Source of the DNA: a virus
Lineage: Duplodnaviria > Caudoviricetes
Reading direction: 5' to 3' (one strand)
Length of the DNA stretch: 61,516 nt
IMG/VR virus record: IMGVR_UViG_3300036045_000009
Span: 1-61,516 of that record
Both the position numbers and the translations under genes were made by a program. Position 1 is the first letter of the stretch. Every line of letters begins with the position of its first letter. Positions 21,101 to 26,943 of the stretch are shown here, one piece after another. Under the pieces are notes generated by a model. That model was not told the DNA's origin and did no database searches. It worked only from the letters and a program-made list of their open reading frames with translations.

Positions 21101-23044
21101 AAAATAAAGCGGCTCGTTGGCGGAACCGCGGCACTTGAGGACGTGTTCGAGTCGATGCTGATGAACACGGCGCACTTGGTCGACACGTCCTTCAAGAACC
21201 GAGCCGCGCAAGCGATCGTCACGCAGTTCGACGGCGTGGCGACCTCTCGTGCGCCGAAGGCCGCACAGCCCGTCCGCCTGTCGACAGAGCGCGTGCGCTC
21301 GGCGCTCGAGGCCGCGGGCATTGAGACGCTTGGCGATGCGGAAGCCGAGTACATGACCTTCTTCCGCGCGGTAGCGCCGACAGACAAGAACGTGGTTTCG
21401 GTGATGTTCGATGGCAAGCCGAAGTATTTCGAGGTGCACGATCCCCTGCTGTTGGAGTCGATTGTGCAGATGCACCCGAGCGAGTTCTTGCGCCGGATCG
21501 ACGTGTTCGGCCTGCTGTCGGGCTCGAAGCGGCTGCTCACGCGAGCGGTGACTGCGCTGCCGGGATTCATCGTCGCCAACCTCATGCGCGACACCCTGTC
21601 GAACGTGGTGCAGAACGAGAACAAGAAGATCGGCGACATGCTGAAACTGACGTTCCTCACGGAGGCGGCGAAGGGCTTCAAGGATTACGTGACCGACAAT
21701 CGTGTCGTGCACGACCTCATGATGGCCGGTGCCGGCGGCGACCAGATTTACGACAACGAGCGCGGGACACTGAAGAAGATACTCACCCGCGCGATGCAGG
21801 ATGCCGAAGCCGACGGCTTCCTCGATACCGTGGTGTCTCCGCGGCGGATCTGGAACGCCTACCGCAAGTTGCAACAGGCGTCGGAGAACGCGAACCGCAT
21901 CGCCGTGTACCGCCTCGTGCGCCAGCGCGGCGGCTCGCATGCCGAAGCCGCGTACCAGGCGCATGACGTCCTGAACTTCCAGCAGCGCGGCTCGCACCCG
22001 TTGATGCAACTGTTGGTGATGACGGTGCCGTTCCTCAACGCCCGCGTGCAGGGCCTCGATCGCTTACAGCGGGGTTACGCCGCGAACCGCATGGGGTTCC
22101 TGCTCAAGGGGCTGTTGCTCACGTCGGCAACGCTGGCGCTGATGGCCGCTGGCGATGACGACGAGCGGTATCAGGAGTTGGAGGAGTGGGATCGCGACCT
22201 GTATTGGCACGGCTGGATCGGCGACACGCACATCCGTATTCCGAAGCCGTTCGAGATCGGGGTACTGTTCGCGACGCTGCCCGAGCGCGCCGTGCGACTG
22301 ATGCGCGGTCAGGACGCCTTTCGCACGACGGCAAAGTCACTCGGTCGAATCCTGTTCGACACCTTCGCCTTCAACCCGACGCCGCAACTGGCGAAGCCAG
22401 TGATCGAAGCGTGGGCGGGCAAGAGCTTCTTCACGGGGGCGCCGATTTTGTCGATGCAGGACAAGAACGTGCTGCCGGAGGCCCGCTACCGGCCGTGGAC
22501 GTCGCCGACGCTGATCGAGCTCGCGAAGGCGATGCCGGACGGCGCGCCGGAGTTTCTACGCTCGCCCGTGCAACTGGAACACCTGCTGCGGGGATACCTC
22601 GGTGGGATGGCGATGTTGGGGCTGGAAGTGTCGGACACGGTGACGCGCTCGGCCGGCGGGTATCCCGATGCGCCGGCGAAGGCGTTCCACGAGCACGTGT
22701 TGCGGCGGTTCGTGCGAGTGGGCGAGCCGCGGACGACGAAGTGGCACGACGAACTGTACCGGATGCTTGATGTCGCAGATGACACCGCGCGCACGATCAA
22801 GAAGCTCGGCGCCGAGGGGCAGATGGAGGCGGCGCGCCGGCTGGCGACAGAGCGCAAGGAACAGTTGCTCGTGCGCCCACGCTTGAACGACATCGCTCAG
22901 GAGATCCGGAAACTGAGTGCGCGGGCGCGCATGGTCCAGTCCTCGTCGATGACCGCCGAGCAGAAGCGGGCGGCGCTGGAGAAGATTTACGCGCGCCGCA
23001 ATGAACTGGCTCGCATGGTCGAGCCGTACGCCCCACTGTTCTAA
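9113..23044 (+). CDS. Giant DarB-like large polyvalent protein (4643 aa)
   Basis: Zeta-toxin-like P-loop GGTGAGKST (11138-11164); N6-MTase EPSAGNG (12692) and NPPF (12869); Strawberry-notch SF2 helicase GDQTGVGKG (13988) and DESH (14378); FIEEIQSDWHQ domain; metallopeptidase HEMFGH (18980); GNAT-like RRGGGGDAAYQAIADYA; C-terminal IRIPKPFEIG (LPD38-like). Confidence 0.9.
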   Translation: MAYDWLADAEREPSDNEGFEWVRDPNDGLWYELPQVTRRASSYLIDPEDAVGADSGAPQLIPTSPPQEKSSFFGSLFDIEMADLGKLLGAEGISMVRGASPVSMASFGEPASFGLDPTLLEAQAELASPESRKAIDAELAGQEKALLESRSPGSQAIDQESYARWPEPGEQGSRVTKFLDAMAPSNPLAIGAVALREAFPNTPFIGRDAKLGDFSAAKIAQDVTRSLPSTAAGIAAGGGISSVGRNLAASVLRREAVERAATEGSEQAVRQLARLQRIDRVISGAGYGAGEAVIAAPQAAQDVRDEILELPAELLFESNRFREIYDAARELPEAERIAYARDTLANELGNAAGFRVAAVTFATGPLAADVAARAGRLMEGRTAQEAIAASRGRAKQALVSGAQEAGQEFVQSGGQEFVSAEQVRTVDPTVDSQMRMVEGAIGGMFAGSVMGAGVGALTGGKRPALGREAPAGVQLPQGESPDPVAGPAAQASMADVSRLARAAREAGVDPAALREVSQAVIRKQVAPAEAAEALNSLIEAARQTAAEAATAEQEPPATETPAEPAEPPLPAQGEPDMAATPAALLAEETVKARFKRELLADVPAALERYAALPGTDNGRILAPDMAKRLSPEYVADRTLSDEVAPGASHLMQAAFDQAIQQPAPAGKQNYVVLTSGGTGAGKSTIAADVPEYGEAQVVYDTNLASFEVAKRRIDAARDAGKSVYIVHVYRDPTESFRQGVLPRAMGAEGRPITVESHARTHAQSNEVVRRLAAEYASDAGVTVEIIDNSRGPGKASKIAVEALPAVEYNATRDAAQQQLEEAYDADEISDRIYRASGGQRTARSVVPRVERSGDEISGGRAEPEVRAEVDGFSPGSDRRNPNPDSRRGVRNTPRGVEREAGSAEHGSRADAGPNEASRPLAQDRSAATEVAADAAPAEEPAEEFDSDHVVDRGAYTGAYDHDARVASLRAKLRGDKAFKAAFKSPNGNDNAHVESGPAISFLDGWEDAAAGKPIDEARISRPTADMKPWGFNPVDSYRSGYESQKAGEPRRLRVLDPIETPDKAPAAAAPTEAQPETDVAKIFEKMLLAGAPTRLAEFRRAYGESLGRAVIPRDFKTVDELVERALVTVARRIVDNAKSPAEAFDKLVALYQSQPTLSTRTSTSIENQAYSTPAPLAYLASRLAGITKDTFVLEPSAGNGMLLIEANPKNTHAVELNEERAESLRAQGFAPVVGDALWPSSAPDHEQDVVIANPPFGVVKTDQGDSQTFSIDVGMGQMRTTEIDHAIALTALKHMKVDGRAVLIIGGINRLAKSQEARSDAYNGAAKRKFFFNLQRLYNVVDHFTVSGDLYAKQGAGWPVDIIVIDGRRPSVRALPAVDVPRVYNSWADLKPLLEATNERNDRMGTDTAAAVDAADRGAVRAGADDAALDVPVAARGADTADGGRSAEPAGSGVQPADVAARTGARVGPRPRASERSGEPAGVEQSSGGREARQLGLPAEPAGASSGDAGSAPADGPRSERPARPARAVDERPARDDDEVTTGGQTAYRPSSAVEAIGTLVPSNMRTAIADALTDMSARAGSIDEYVARELGYEPAELGRYFSAEQVDALALALDQMSRGSGFIIGDQTGVGKGRFVAGIIRYALKNGRIPIFVTEKPNLYADIVRDLRDIAHKDIRPLMTNAGERVPIDDSGNELRTQGNSPHNALLNRIAGSADLGEFNIVFTTYNQMQTLKGKPTERMLLLQALAPNAIVIFDESHNAGGSDAERRSRNQKAADGGSPKTGRAAFARALASTAKGVVYSSATYAKRPSVMDLYFKTDMSLAVEGDATKLPAAIALGGVPLQQAVASMLARSGQYIRRERTFEGVEYNTPVVGVDRSAAESISAMMLAVKQFDDAKAGAVDALKRAAKAEAKVVTGSTATGAAGAHSTNFTSVMHNLIDQMLLALKADKAADLALEALKRGEKPVVTVSNTMGSFIEEYADAAGLAGGDAITLTFRDLMLRYLAKSREVQVKDHTGKATRHYLTDEELGAAGLYMYNSARTVIDESPQIQAVPISPIDWIHHRLREAGYSSGEITGRSHTIEYGKNGKATYKLRSSKDTSIRARRNAIDNFNSGKLDALVLNQSGATGLSLHASEKFKDKRRRRMVIAQAEKNIDTHMQMLGRVHRTGQVIAPAYDQLVADVPAEKRPAAVLAKKMASLNANTTASRSSQFTSKETVDFLNIYGDEVAAQLMTDLPEIHLKLGEPLAAGENGLERIDAARKVTGRIPMLPVDEQESLYDLIENAYADRLQQAEAMGENALEAKTLPLDARTVERRVIFDGKQGASPFAAGAVAEVVDVKRLGKPYTSEKVRELVASTLEQPADSTLSALSRAGESARAEVVKDVTAKFEKYLTAEETRMLESDMPEAAREGRVGALRGINARWRELSYTLHVGGSYELTMEDGTTLYGVVTEIRHKKGVKMPVALGSWIAHFAVADGARTLSIPFSRMSTRQAAVAGMGTVTVERASRHPLTGATIEQMFDDGQTLSREQRVVVTGNLLAGYSQMKRGQIVNYTDAGGRTLQGILMPRSFNLAEFTAEAPVTVTADQAIKLLRAEYSSIVRTADGLAQVSRAGGDFAISVPRSKAEGGKYFLDRGLREIVGDFVSTSSAMRVLVPGSLVSGALDYINTQMGQRLEVVTHREAAIRVGGTAIGSRKVEAKPAEPEPLYSRAPVFYSTALATAEALPLRKASGQQWYATLSKRPGVKPDELDWMGLKEWLGDRAGVTKDELIEFMRANEINIEETELGGDQDPRVTAVKRLLAAGYEIDDDYTAVITKNGEDVRDEDMTAAELADWEFVRNDLPNADATGEPLATKYDEYTLPGGKNYRELMLRLPARDTVTQVPSPAPAGWGDTDGGNVGVARRGNIKADFRGGHFDEPNVIAHVRFNERIDADGKRVLFIEEIQSDWHQAGRRRGYRGRQTPRPTLDDVAREVYGRPYSELDEPTRAAVDSEHAARERGTGGAAPATDGGNAVPDAPFKTTWHELALKRMIRYAAESGFDRVAWTTGQTQADRYSLRKRLSAIYYSGSNFSAVDHNGKEVIRRTGVTREELPELIGKAAADRLLAKEPDGTLRSLEGEDLEVGGEGMLTFYDSMLVVAANKYVKKWGAKVGSTTIKADNAPEEVVARTAASDPKHPLVVKNRLPVHSVDVTPAMRDSVLAGQPLFSGARASGGATVAQVRTWLGRAIDKTRGAAETVIVADVDELRRVTGRPNIPDDVEGVYFLGGRTVYLVASRLPDAATAQRKFAHEMFGHLAPERYEDMRRAVTMVQNLRRMKSQSITALWDEVSRLQPGLTDLQHAKEVIALMAERGVKNSIMDRLLAWVRQTLRSWGVNIEHAEAELRALIGRAARALESDARLSARDEASVADADAKDDVSLDAALGAMDLARSPLIESGAPLEQFYERPADVLDGDALDVNLEALDDAIARHWLPQFSRDDGSAFAAEVLVELGAVDELFKRPTTGAGTVREALAAIAPDIEWGGTELPVEESDWFRAERRHVAKLPNGKPLYVYERGREVWIDISDSRRGGGGDAAYQAIADYARNTGRRFIGDPMGLSADAIVRRTYHMLSNMVRYGDLRGFEPAPAQLEGAPDRRIAPLAWPADNAGRFRALIESFYQTHRNLYPWIENVRYNFAERRFVGDSADRLNQAVHHGPSSPESRGIGAPQAGRRTLRAAVFLQSLLRSESSERPAVLAQVLRQPSELVTKGGLDPLFSRSPPEDPQLAADRRKVMAAAGHAALPLRDRLRLFLRKHLDFSKLAARQYIANSFASIEAYERLINAGQLQDASVSPYKQTVATQNLGSVMSAVLSHGVPVWRDGAYVVADDGRKGITDIFAPLVNHPAGNLLPQWEYYAAARRAARLITEGRERLFTQDMIDRALELATTYPEFDGVFNDWQTFNKQALDMAEEAGLLNAESRAIWERNDYVPFYRAVEAASGRLNPVSLKKAIANQRAKIKRLVGGTAALEDVFESMLMNTAHLVDTSFKNRAAQAIVTQFDGVATSRAPKAAQPVRLSTERVRSALEAAGIETLGDAEAEYMTFFRAVAPTDKNVVSVMFDGKPKYFEVHDPLLLESIVQMHPSEFLRRIDVFGLLSGSKRLLTRAVTALPGFIVANLMRDTLSNVVQNENKKIGDMLKLTFLTEAAKGFKDYVTDNRVVHDLMMAGAGGDQIYDNERGTLKKILTRAMQDAEADGFLDTVVSPRRIWNAYRKLQQASENANRIAVYRLVRQRGGSHAEAAYQAHDVLNFQQRGSHPLMQLLVMTVPFLNARVQGLDRLQRGYAANRMGFLLKGLLLTSATLALMAAGDDDERYQELEEWDRDLYWHGWIGDTHIRIPKPFEIGVLFATLPERAVRLMRGQDAFRTTAKSLGRILFDTFAFNPTPQLAKPVIEAWAGKSFFTGAPILSMQDKNVLPEARYRPWTSPTLIELAKAMPDGAPEFLRSPVQLEHLLRGYLGGMAMLGLEVSDTVTRSAGGYPDAPAKAFHEHVLRRFVRVGEPRTTKWHDELYRMLDVADDTARTIKKLGAEGQMEAARRLATERKEQLLVRPRLNDIAQEIRKLSARARMVQSSSMTAEQKRAALEKIYARRNELARMVEPYAPLF
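11538..11720 (+). CDS. Nested +1-frame ORF A (60 aa) after the zeta-like kinase domain
   Basis: C-terminal half DQSFRAWSDRATKSAVDALNQKFGPK is an amphipathic helix unlike GC-rich shadow frames; its stop abuts the ATG of ORF B. Confidence 0.45.
   Translation: MRLVTQPNSNSKKPTTPTKSPTASTAPAAGSAQRDQSFRAWSDRATKSAVDALNQKFGPK
11721..11903 (+). CDS. Nested +1-frame ORF B (60 aa) with a terminase Walker-B-like motif
   Basis: IRILILDEASEIPPEVWNA; rich in Ile/Leu/Glu; the host frame here is a low-complexity linker. Confidence 0.55.
   Translation: MDFRREVIGGIRILILDEASEIPPEVWNAKPAAPSTAVVRTPDPMRLPGPLPKIGPLPPK
13389..13733 (+). CDS. Nested +1-frame ORF C (114 aa; alternative ATG 13305) after the MTase domain
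   Basis: Globular helical composition (YLSLLGERIQRMVDAA, LQTWLHELGLV, LALWTSDL); the host frame reads as an R/A/G/P shadow sequence. Confidence 0.65.
   Translation: MQRSTYLSLLGERIQRMVDAAQSPQEAASNLQTWLHELGLVSDLGHVPASEAGNRLVWSNPAVEEKLGNLGFLRNLPEQVAEMPEARQQTDLDQSDPLGRLALWTSDLHATMTK
20196..20354 (+). CDS. Nested +1-frame ORF D (52 aa; alternative ATG 20124) after the GNAT-like domain
   Basis: LSPEELERRRRGAERCERLY...DPLYWHKFYASQVNW, aromatic and charged, with a local drop in GC. Confidence 0.55.
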   Translation: MGLPPLSPEELERRRRGAERCERLYSSNPSYAAKAAKDPLYWHKFYASQVNW

Positions 23045-23075
23045 CTTGCGCTGACGGATCACTCGGCGAGCATCG
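23045..23075 (+). promoter_or_regulatory. Putative late promoter motif, copy 1 (CTTGCGCTGAC)
   Basis: One of four same-strand copies at operon starts; lies directly upstream of terL. Confidence 0.55.
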
Positions 23076-23080
23076 GTACG

Positions 23081-24562
23081 ATGCAAGCCGCCTCCGCTGA
23101 ACTGCACGCTGGCGATGACGAGATCGCCGAAATCGCCGCGCAGTACCTCTACGATCCCTGGGGCTACGCGCTCGCCATGTACCCGTGGGGGCAGGCGGGG
23201 ACGCCGTACGAAAAGTGGCCGGATGGGCCGGACGTGTGGCAGTCGACGGTGCTGCGCGACATCGGCGCGCACATGTACGCGGTGGCGACCCACCGGGCTC
23301 CGGAGCCCACGACGCAGATCGCTGTGCGCAGCGGCCACGGCATAGGTAAGTCCTGGCTTATACAGACGCTAGTGCAGTGGTTCCTGTCGACGCGCGTCAC
23401 CCCGCAGGTCGTCGTCACCGCGGGCACCAAGACGCAGCTCGAAACGAAGCTCTGGCGCGAACTCAACAAGAACTACCGCTACACGCTGAACGCGCACTGG
23501 TTCGACTGGCAGGCGACGTCCTTCTCGCTGAAAGGCGAGGGCAAGCAATGGGCGGCGAATGCGATCCCGTGGTCACGCGATAACGCCGCCGCGTTCCAGG
23601 GCACGCACGAGCAGGACGTGCTCATTGTTTACGACGAGGCGAGCGCCATTGCCGACGAGATATGGGAGGCGTCCGAGGGCGCGTTCACCACCCGCGGCGG
23701 CCTGTGGATCGCGTTCGGCAACCCGACGAGCGAGACCGGCCGATTCTCTGAGTGCTTCGGGCGCTTCAAGCATCGCTGGCTGACGTACACGATCGACGCG
23801 CGGAATGCGAAGGCCGCGGATCACGCGAAGTTGCAGGAGTGGGTCGACGACTACGGCGAGGACAGCGACTTCGTGCGCGTCCGCGTTCGCGGCCTCCCGC
23901 CGAAGTCGTCGGAGACAGGGCTGATCTCGGCGTCGCTCGTGCAGCAGGCGGTCGACCGCGACATCGAAGAGGACTTCATCCCCGACACGATCCCGCGCGT
24001 GTGCGGGATTGACGTGGCGTATGGCGGCACCGCTCGCACAGCGCTCGTGTTCCGTCGCGGCCCCATTGTGACCGCGCGCGACATAATCCGGTTCTCGGAG
24101 TCGAATCACATGCACCTCGCGGACCGGATCGCGACGCTGCTCTCGACGGAACGGCCGGACGCCGCCTTTATCGACGCGCATGGCGCTGGCAAGGGCGTTT
24201 ATGACCGGCTGATCCAACTCGGCTACACGAACGTCATCCCCTGCTACGCCGGCGATCGCTCGGCGGTCATCGAAAAGCTGCTGTACTACAACCCGCGCGC
24301 GGAGTGGTGGAGCCGCCTCGCGCGCTGGCTCACGGAGTCGAAGATCCCGCCGGACAACGACCTGCGCGACGAACTCGTGGCGCAGCCCGTTCACTACGAC
24401 ACCGCGCGCCGCCTCCAACTGATGTCGAAAGAGGACATGCGCGAACTGAATCTGCCGTCACCCGACACGGGCGATGCGCTCGCGCTGACCTTCGCGCAAT
24501 CGGTCGCCCCCGTTCGCATGCCGGGATTCTCGGGCCAGAAAGGCTTGCCGGAGGTCGTGTAG
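23081..24562 (+). CDS. terL: Terminase large subunit
   Basis: Walker A SGHGIGKS, Walker B LIVYDEAS, coupling motif FGNP, RNase-H nuclease CGIDVA and SPDTGDALALTF. Confidence 0.95.
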   Translation: MQAASAELHAGDDEIAEIAAQYLYDPWGYALAMYPWGQAGTPYEKWPDGPDVWQSTVLRDIGAHMYAVATHRAPEPTTQIAVRSGHGIGKSWLIQTLVQWFLSTRVTPQVVVTAGTKTQLETKLWRELNKNYRYTLNAHWFDWQATSFSLKGEGKQWAANAIPWSRDNAAAFQGTHEQDVLIVYDEASAIADEIWEASEGAFTTRGGLWIAFGNPTSETGRFSECFGRFKHRWLTYTIDARNAKAADHAKLQEWVDDYGEDSDFVRVRVRGLPPKSSETGLISASLVQQAVDRDIEEDFIPDTIPRVCGIDVAYGGTARTALVFRRGPIVTARDIIRFSESNHMHLADRIATLLSTERPDAAFIDAHGAGKGVYDRLIQLGYTNVIPCYAGDRSAVIEKLLYYNPRAEWWSRLARWLTESKIPPDNDLRDELVAQPVHYDTARRLQLMSKEDMRELNLPSPDTGDALALTFAQSVAPVRMPGFSGQKGLPEVV

Positions 24563-24569
24563 GGCAGGG

Positions 24570-24600
24570 CTTGCGCTGACAGTGCACGTAGATAGGTTCG
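24570..24600 (+). promoter_or_regulatory. Putative late promoter motif, copy 2
   Basis: TTGCGC-16 nt-TAGGTT upstream of the lysis cassette. Confidence 0.65.
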
Positions 24601-24636
24601 CGCTGGCAAGTCCAACAGGTTGAACGTGGAGGCTTT

Positions 24637-24792
24637 ATGGGCGCAGTGGAATCCATCGGAGTGCTGGCCGCCGTAAGCGTGCTCGGCTACTTCGGCTGGC
24701 GCATCTACTCGAAGAGGAAGCAACGCACGGAAGGCGCCGGATCAGGCGGTGGCGGCGGCAGCGGCCCGTTCGATCGCCCGAACAAGCACTGA
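24637..24792 (+). CDS. Small single-pass membrane protein (51 aa; not in the ORF track)
   Basis: GGAGG RBS; MGAVESIGVLAAVSVLGYFGWRIYSKRK is a TM segment with a basic tail. Confidence 0.65.
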   Translation: MGAVESIGVLAAVSVLGYFGWRIYSKRKQRTEGAGSGGGGGSGPFDRPNKH

Positions 24793-24803
24793 TTACCCAA
24801 GGG

Positions 24804-25079
24804 GTGAACGTGGACAACAGAAATCGCGACCCCTTGGCGATCACGATTGCTGTTGCCGGCCTGCTCGTGCAGACGGGCATGTGGTTCTACTGGTCCGGCC
24901 GGCTCGAGCAGCGAGTCACGAATGTCGAGACCACCGTATCCGCGACCGCTTCTCGATCGGCTCTGCACCTCGAGAAGGACAGCCAACAGGATGCGCAGAT
25001 CGCCGTCACCGTCGCGCAGTACACGGAAGTGCTGCGTCGATTGAACAACATCGAGACGTCGATCGAAAGACTGCGGTGA
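24804..25079 (+). CDS. Holin-like protein (one TM plus coiled coil)
   Basis: LAITIAVAGLLVQTGMWFYW TM segment followed by a coiled coil; directly upstream of the endolysin. Confidence 0.55.
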   Translation: MNVDNRNRDPLAITIAVAGLLVQTGMWFYWSGRLEQRVTNVETTVSATASRSALHLEKDSQQDAQIAVTVAQYTEVLRRLNNIETSIERLR

Positions 25080-25474
25080 CCTACGTACTCGGTGCCCGCT
25101 CACTGCGACGGCTCGATGGCGTTCACCCGGCGCTCGTGAAGGTCGTGAAAAGCGCGATTCTCGTCACCGCCCAGGACTTCTCCGTCACCGAAGGCGTACG
25201 CACGCTCGCAAAGCAGCGCGAGTACTTCACGAAGGGCAAGTCCCGCACGATGACATCCCGCCACCTCACTGGCCACGCCGTCGACCTGACGCCGTGGCGC
25301 GCCGGCGGCTTTCAGGACTTGGAGGCGCCAGACGCGCTCGCCGCGTATCGCCGAGTCGCCAAGGCAATGAAACAGTGCGCGCTCGCCGCCGGCATCGACA
25401 TGGATTGGGGTTACGACCTATGGGGGTGGGACATGCCGCACTTCCAACTCAACTGGAGCGCGTACCCGGCCTGA
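25076..25474 (+). CDS. Endolysin, M15 family L-alanyl-D-glutamate peptidase
   Basis: LDGVHPAL, EGVRT, SRHLTGHAVDL and DMPHFQL zinc-peptidase motifs; GTG 25076. Confidence 0.9.
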   Translation: MTYVLGARSLRRLDGVHPALVKVVKSAILVTAQDFSVTEGVRTLAKQREYFTKGKSRTMTSRHLTGHAVDLTPWRAGGFQDLEAPDALAAYRRVAKAMKQCALAAGIDMDWGYDLWGWDMPHFQLNWSAYPA

Positions 25475-25487
25475 AAGGGGCGAACCG

Positions 25488-25874
25488 ATGGAGACCGTAG
25501 CCAACATCTTCGCGTTCGTCGAGTCGATGCTGAAACATGTGCACGTCGTCTCCTTGTTACTCGGCCTGACGATCTCTATCGGCTTCACGCAGTGGGCCAA
25601 GTTCCCGCTGCGCCTGTTTGCCGATGCGCGCAACTACCCGATGCGCGCGTTCAAGTTCTTGGTGCGCACGACCGCGGCGACCGTCGGTTTCTTCGGAACG
25701 TGGATCACGTGGCCCGAGGGCGGCAAGTGGGCCGTAGTGTGGGGGCTGTTCACCGGCTTTATGACGCCGCTCGTGTACACGGGCAGCGTGCGGGTCCTTG
25801 CCCGCTTCTGGCCGTGGCTCGCGGACAAGGCGAGTACGGACCGGCTCGACGACAGCGATGAGGCTGGCGTATGA
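25488..25874 (+). CDS. Holin-like multi-pass membrane protein
   Basis: About three hydrophobic helices and a charged C-terminal tail; lysis cassette context. Confidence 0.6.
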   Translation: METVANIFAFVESMLKHVHVVSLLLGLTISIGFTQWAKFPLRLFADARNYPMRAFKFLVRTTAATVGFFGTWITWPEGGKWAVVWGLFTGFMTPLVYTGSVRVLARFWPWLADKASTDRLDDSDEAGV

Positions 25875-26335
25875 CGGAACTGGTCATTCTGCAGCACCCG
25901 CATCCGGCGCTGCGCATGGTCGCGGCTCAGGTCGAGACCTTCGACGCAGCGCTCGCCGACCTTGCCGCGGAAATGCTGCGGCTCATGTACGGCGCGCACG
26001 GCGTCGGGCTCGCCGCCAACCAGGTCGGCGTGCTCTCGCGGCTGATCGTGCTCGACGTGAGCCCGTCGCGTGTCGACCCGGTGGTCATGGTGAACCCGGT
26101 CATCCTCAAGGCCGAGGACACGCAGATGGTCCGCGACGGGTGCCTGTCGGTGAACTTCGGGCGCACGTTCGCCTACACGACGCGCGCGAAGCGGATCAAG
26201 GTGGCGTATCAGGACCTCACCGGCGCGCCGCGCGTGGCGAAGTTGTCCGGGTTGAGTGCGGCCTGCGTGCAGCACGAAGTCGACCACCTCGACGGCAAAC
26301 TGTTCATCGACCTCGCCGGGCAGAAGGCGGCCTGA
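25871..26335 (+). CDS. def: Peptide deformylase
   Basis: Motif 1 GVGLAANQ, motif 2 DGCLS (canonical EGCLS), motif 3 QHEVDHLDG. Confidence 0.93.
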   Translation: MTELVILQHPHPALRMVAAQVETFDAALADLAAEMLRLMYGAHGVGLAANQVGVLSRLIVLDVSPSRVDPVVMVNPVILKAEDTQMVRDGCLSVNFGRTFAYTTRAKRIKVAYQDLTGAPRVAKLSGLSAACVQHEVDHLDGKLFIDLAGQKAA

Positions 26336-26336
26336 C

Positions 26337-26777
26337 ATGTTTGGATGGATTGCGACATCGCTGACATGGCTCAAAGCCTTCCAGGGCCCGTGCCTCATCC
26401 TTGCCGGTATCGCGTTCCTCGCGGGGACAGGCGCCGGAGGTTGGGCTGCCTACAAGATCACGGAGTCCCGCGCGCTCACGGCGGAAAACGCGCTCGCCAA
26501 CTTCCGCGCCGAGCTCGCCACCCAGTCGGCCGAGATCGAGCGCGAGGCCGCGGCCAGACAGAAAGCAGCCGCAGATGAACTGCGCGAGCGCGATCAATTC
26601 ATCACCGCGAGCGTGGACGCTATCCCGGCGGAAGTCGCCCGGCTCGTTGCCCCGCAGTTCGCGAAATTGAGGGAATCCGTCAATGACACGCGCTTTGATT
26701 GCCTGCGCCTGCCTCTGCCTGAGCCTTACCTTGACGGCCTGCGCCGGGCAGCCGGCAGCGCCGCCGCGAATCCTTGA
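26337..26777 (+). CDS. Inner-membrane spanin (Rz-like)
   Basis: N-terminal TM segment followed by a coiled coil and a C-terminal Cys; overlaps a lipoprotein ORF. Confidence 0.75.
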   Translation: MFGWIATSLTWLKAFQGPCLILAGIAFLAGTGAGGWAAYKITESRALTAENALANFRAELATQSAEIEREAAARQKAAADELRERDQFITASVDAIPAEVARLVAPQFAKLRESVNDTRFDCLRLPLPEPYLDGLRRAAGSAAANP

Positions 26778-26943
26778 GGTCCCGGTAGTTGTCCCACCGC
26801 CCGCCGCATGCGCGCGGATACGGGCGCTGCTCCTGCCGTCAGGGTACAGCGCGCAGGACGTGATCGAGGCGCAGCAGCGGTTGATTCTCGAATACGAAGA
26901 GCAGGTGAAAGCGTGCGCTGCGGCTAGGCCACCTTCACCGTGA
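26683..26943 (+). CDS. Outer-membrane spanin lipoprotein (Rz1-like)
   Basis: Signal peptide with lipobox LTAC, Pro-rich; overlaps the 3' end of the Rz-like gene in another frame. Confidence 0.75.
   Translation: MTRALIACACLCLSLTLTACAGQPAAPPRILEVPVVVPPPAACARIRALLLPSGYSAQDVIEAQQRLILEYEEQVKACAAARPPSP

Noticed and set aside
24555-24576. Sigma-54 reading of the late motif (TTGC)
   Set aside because: No GG at the required distance upstream of the GC in the copy checked
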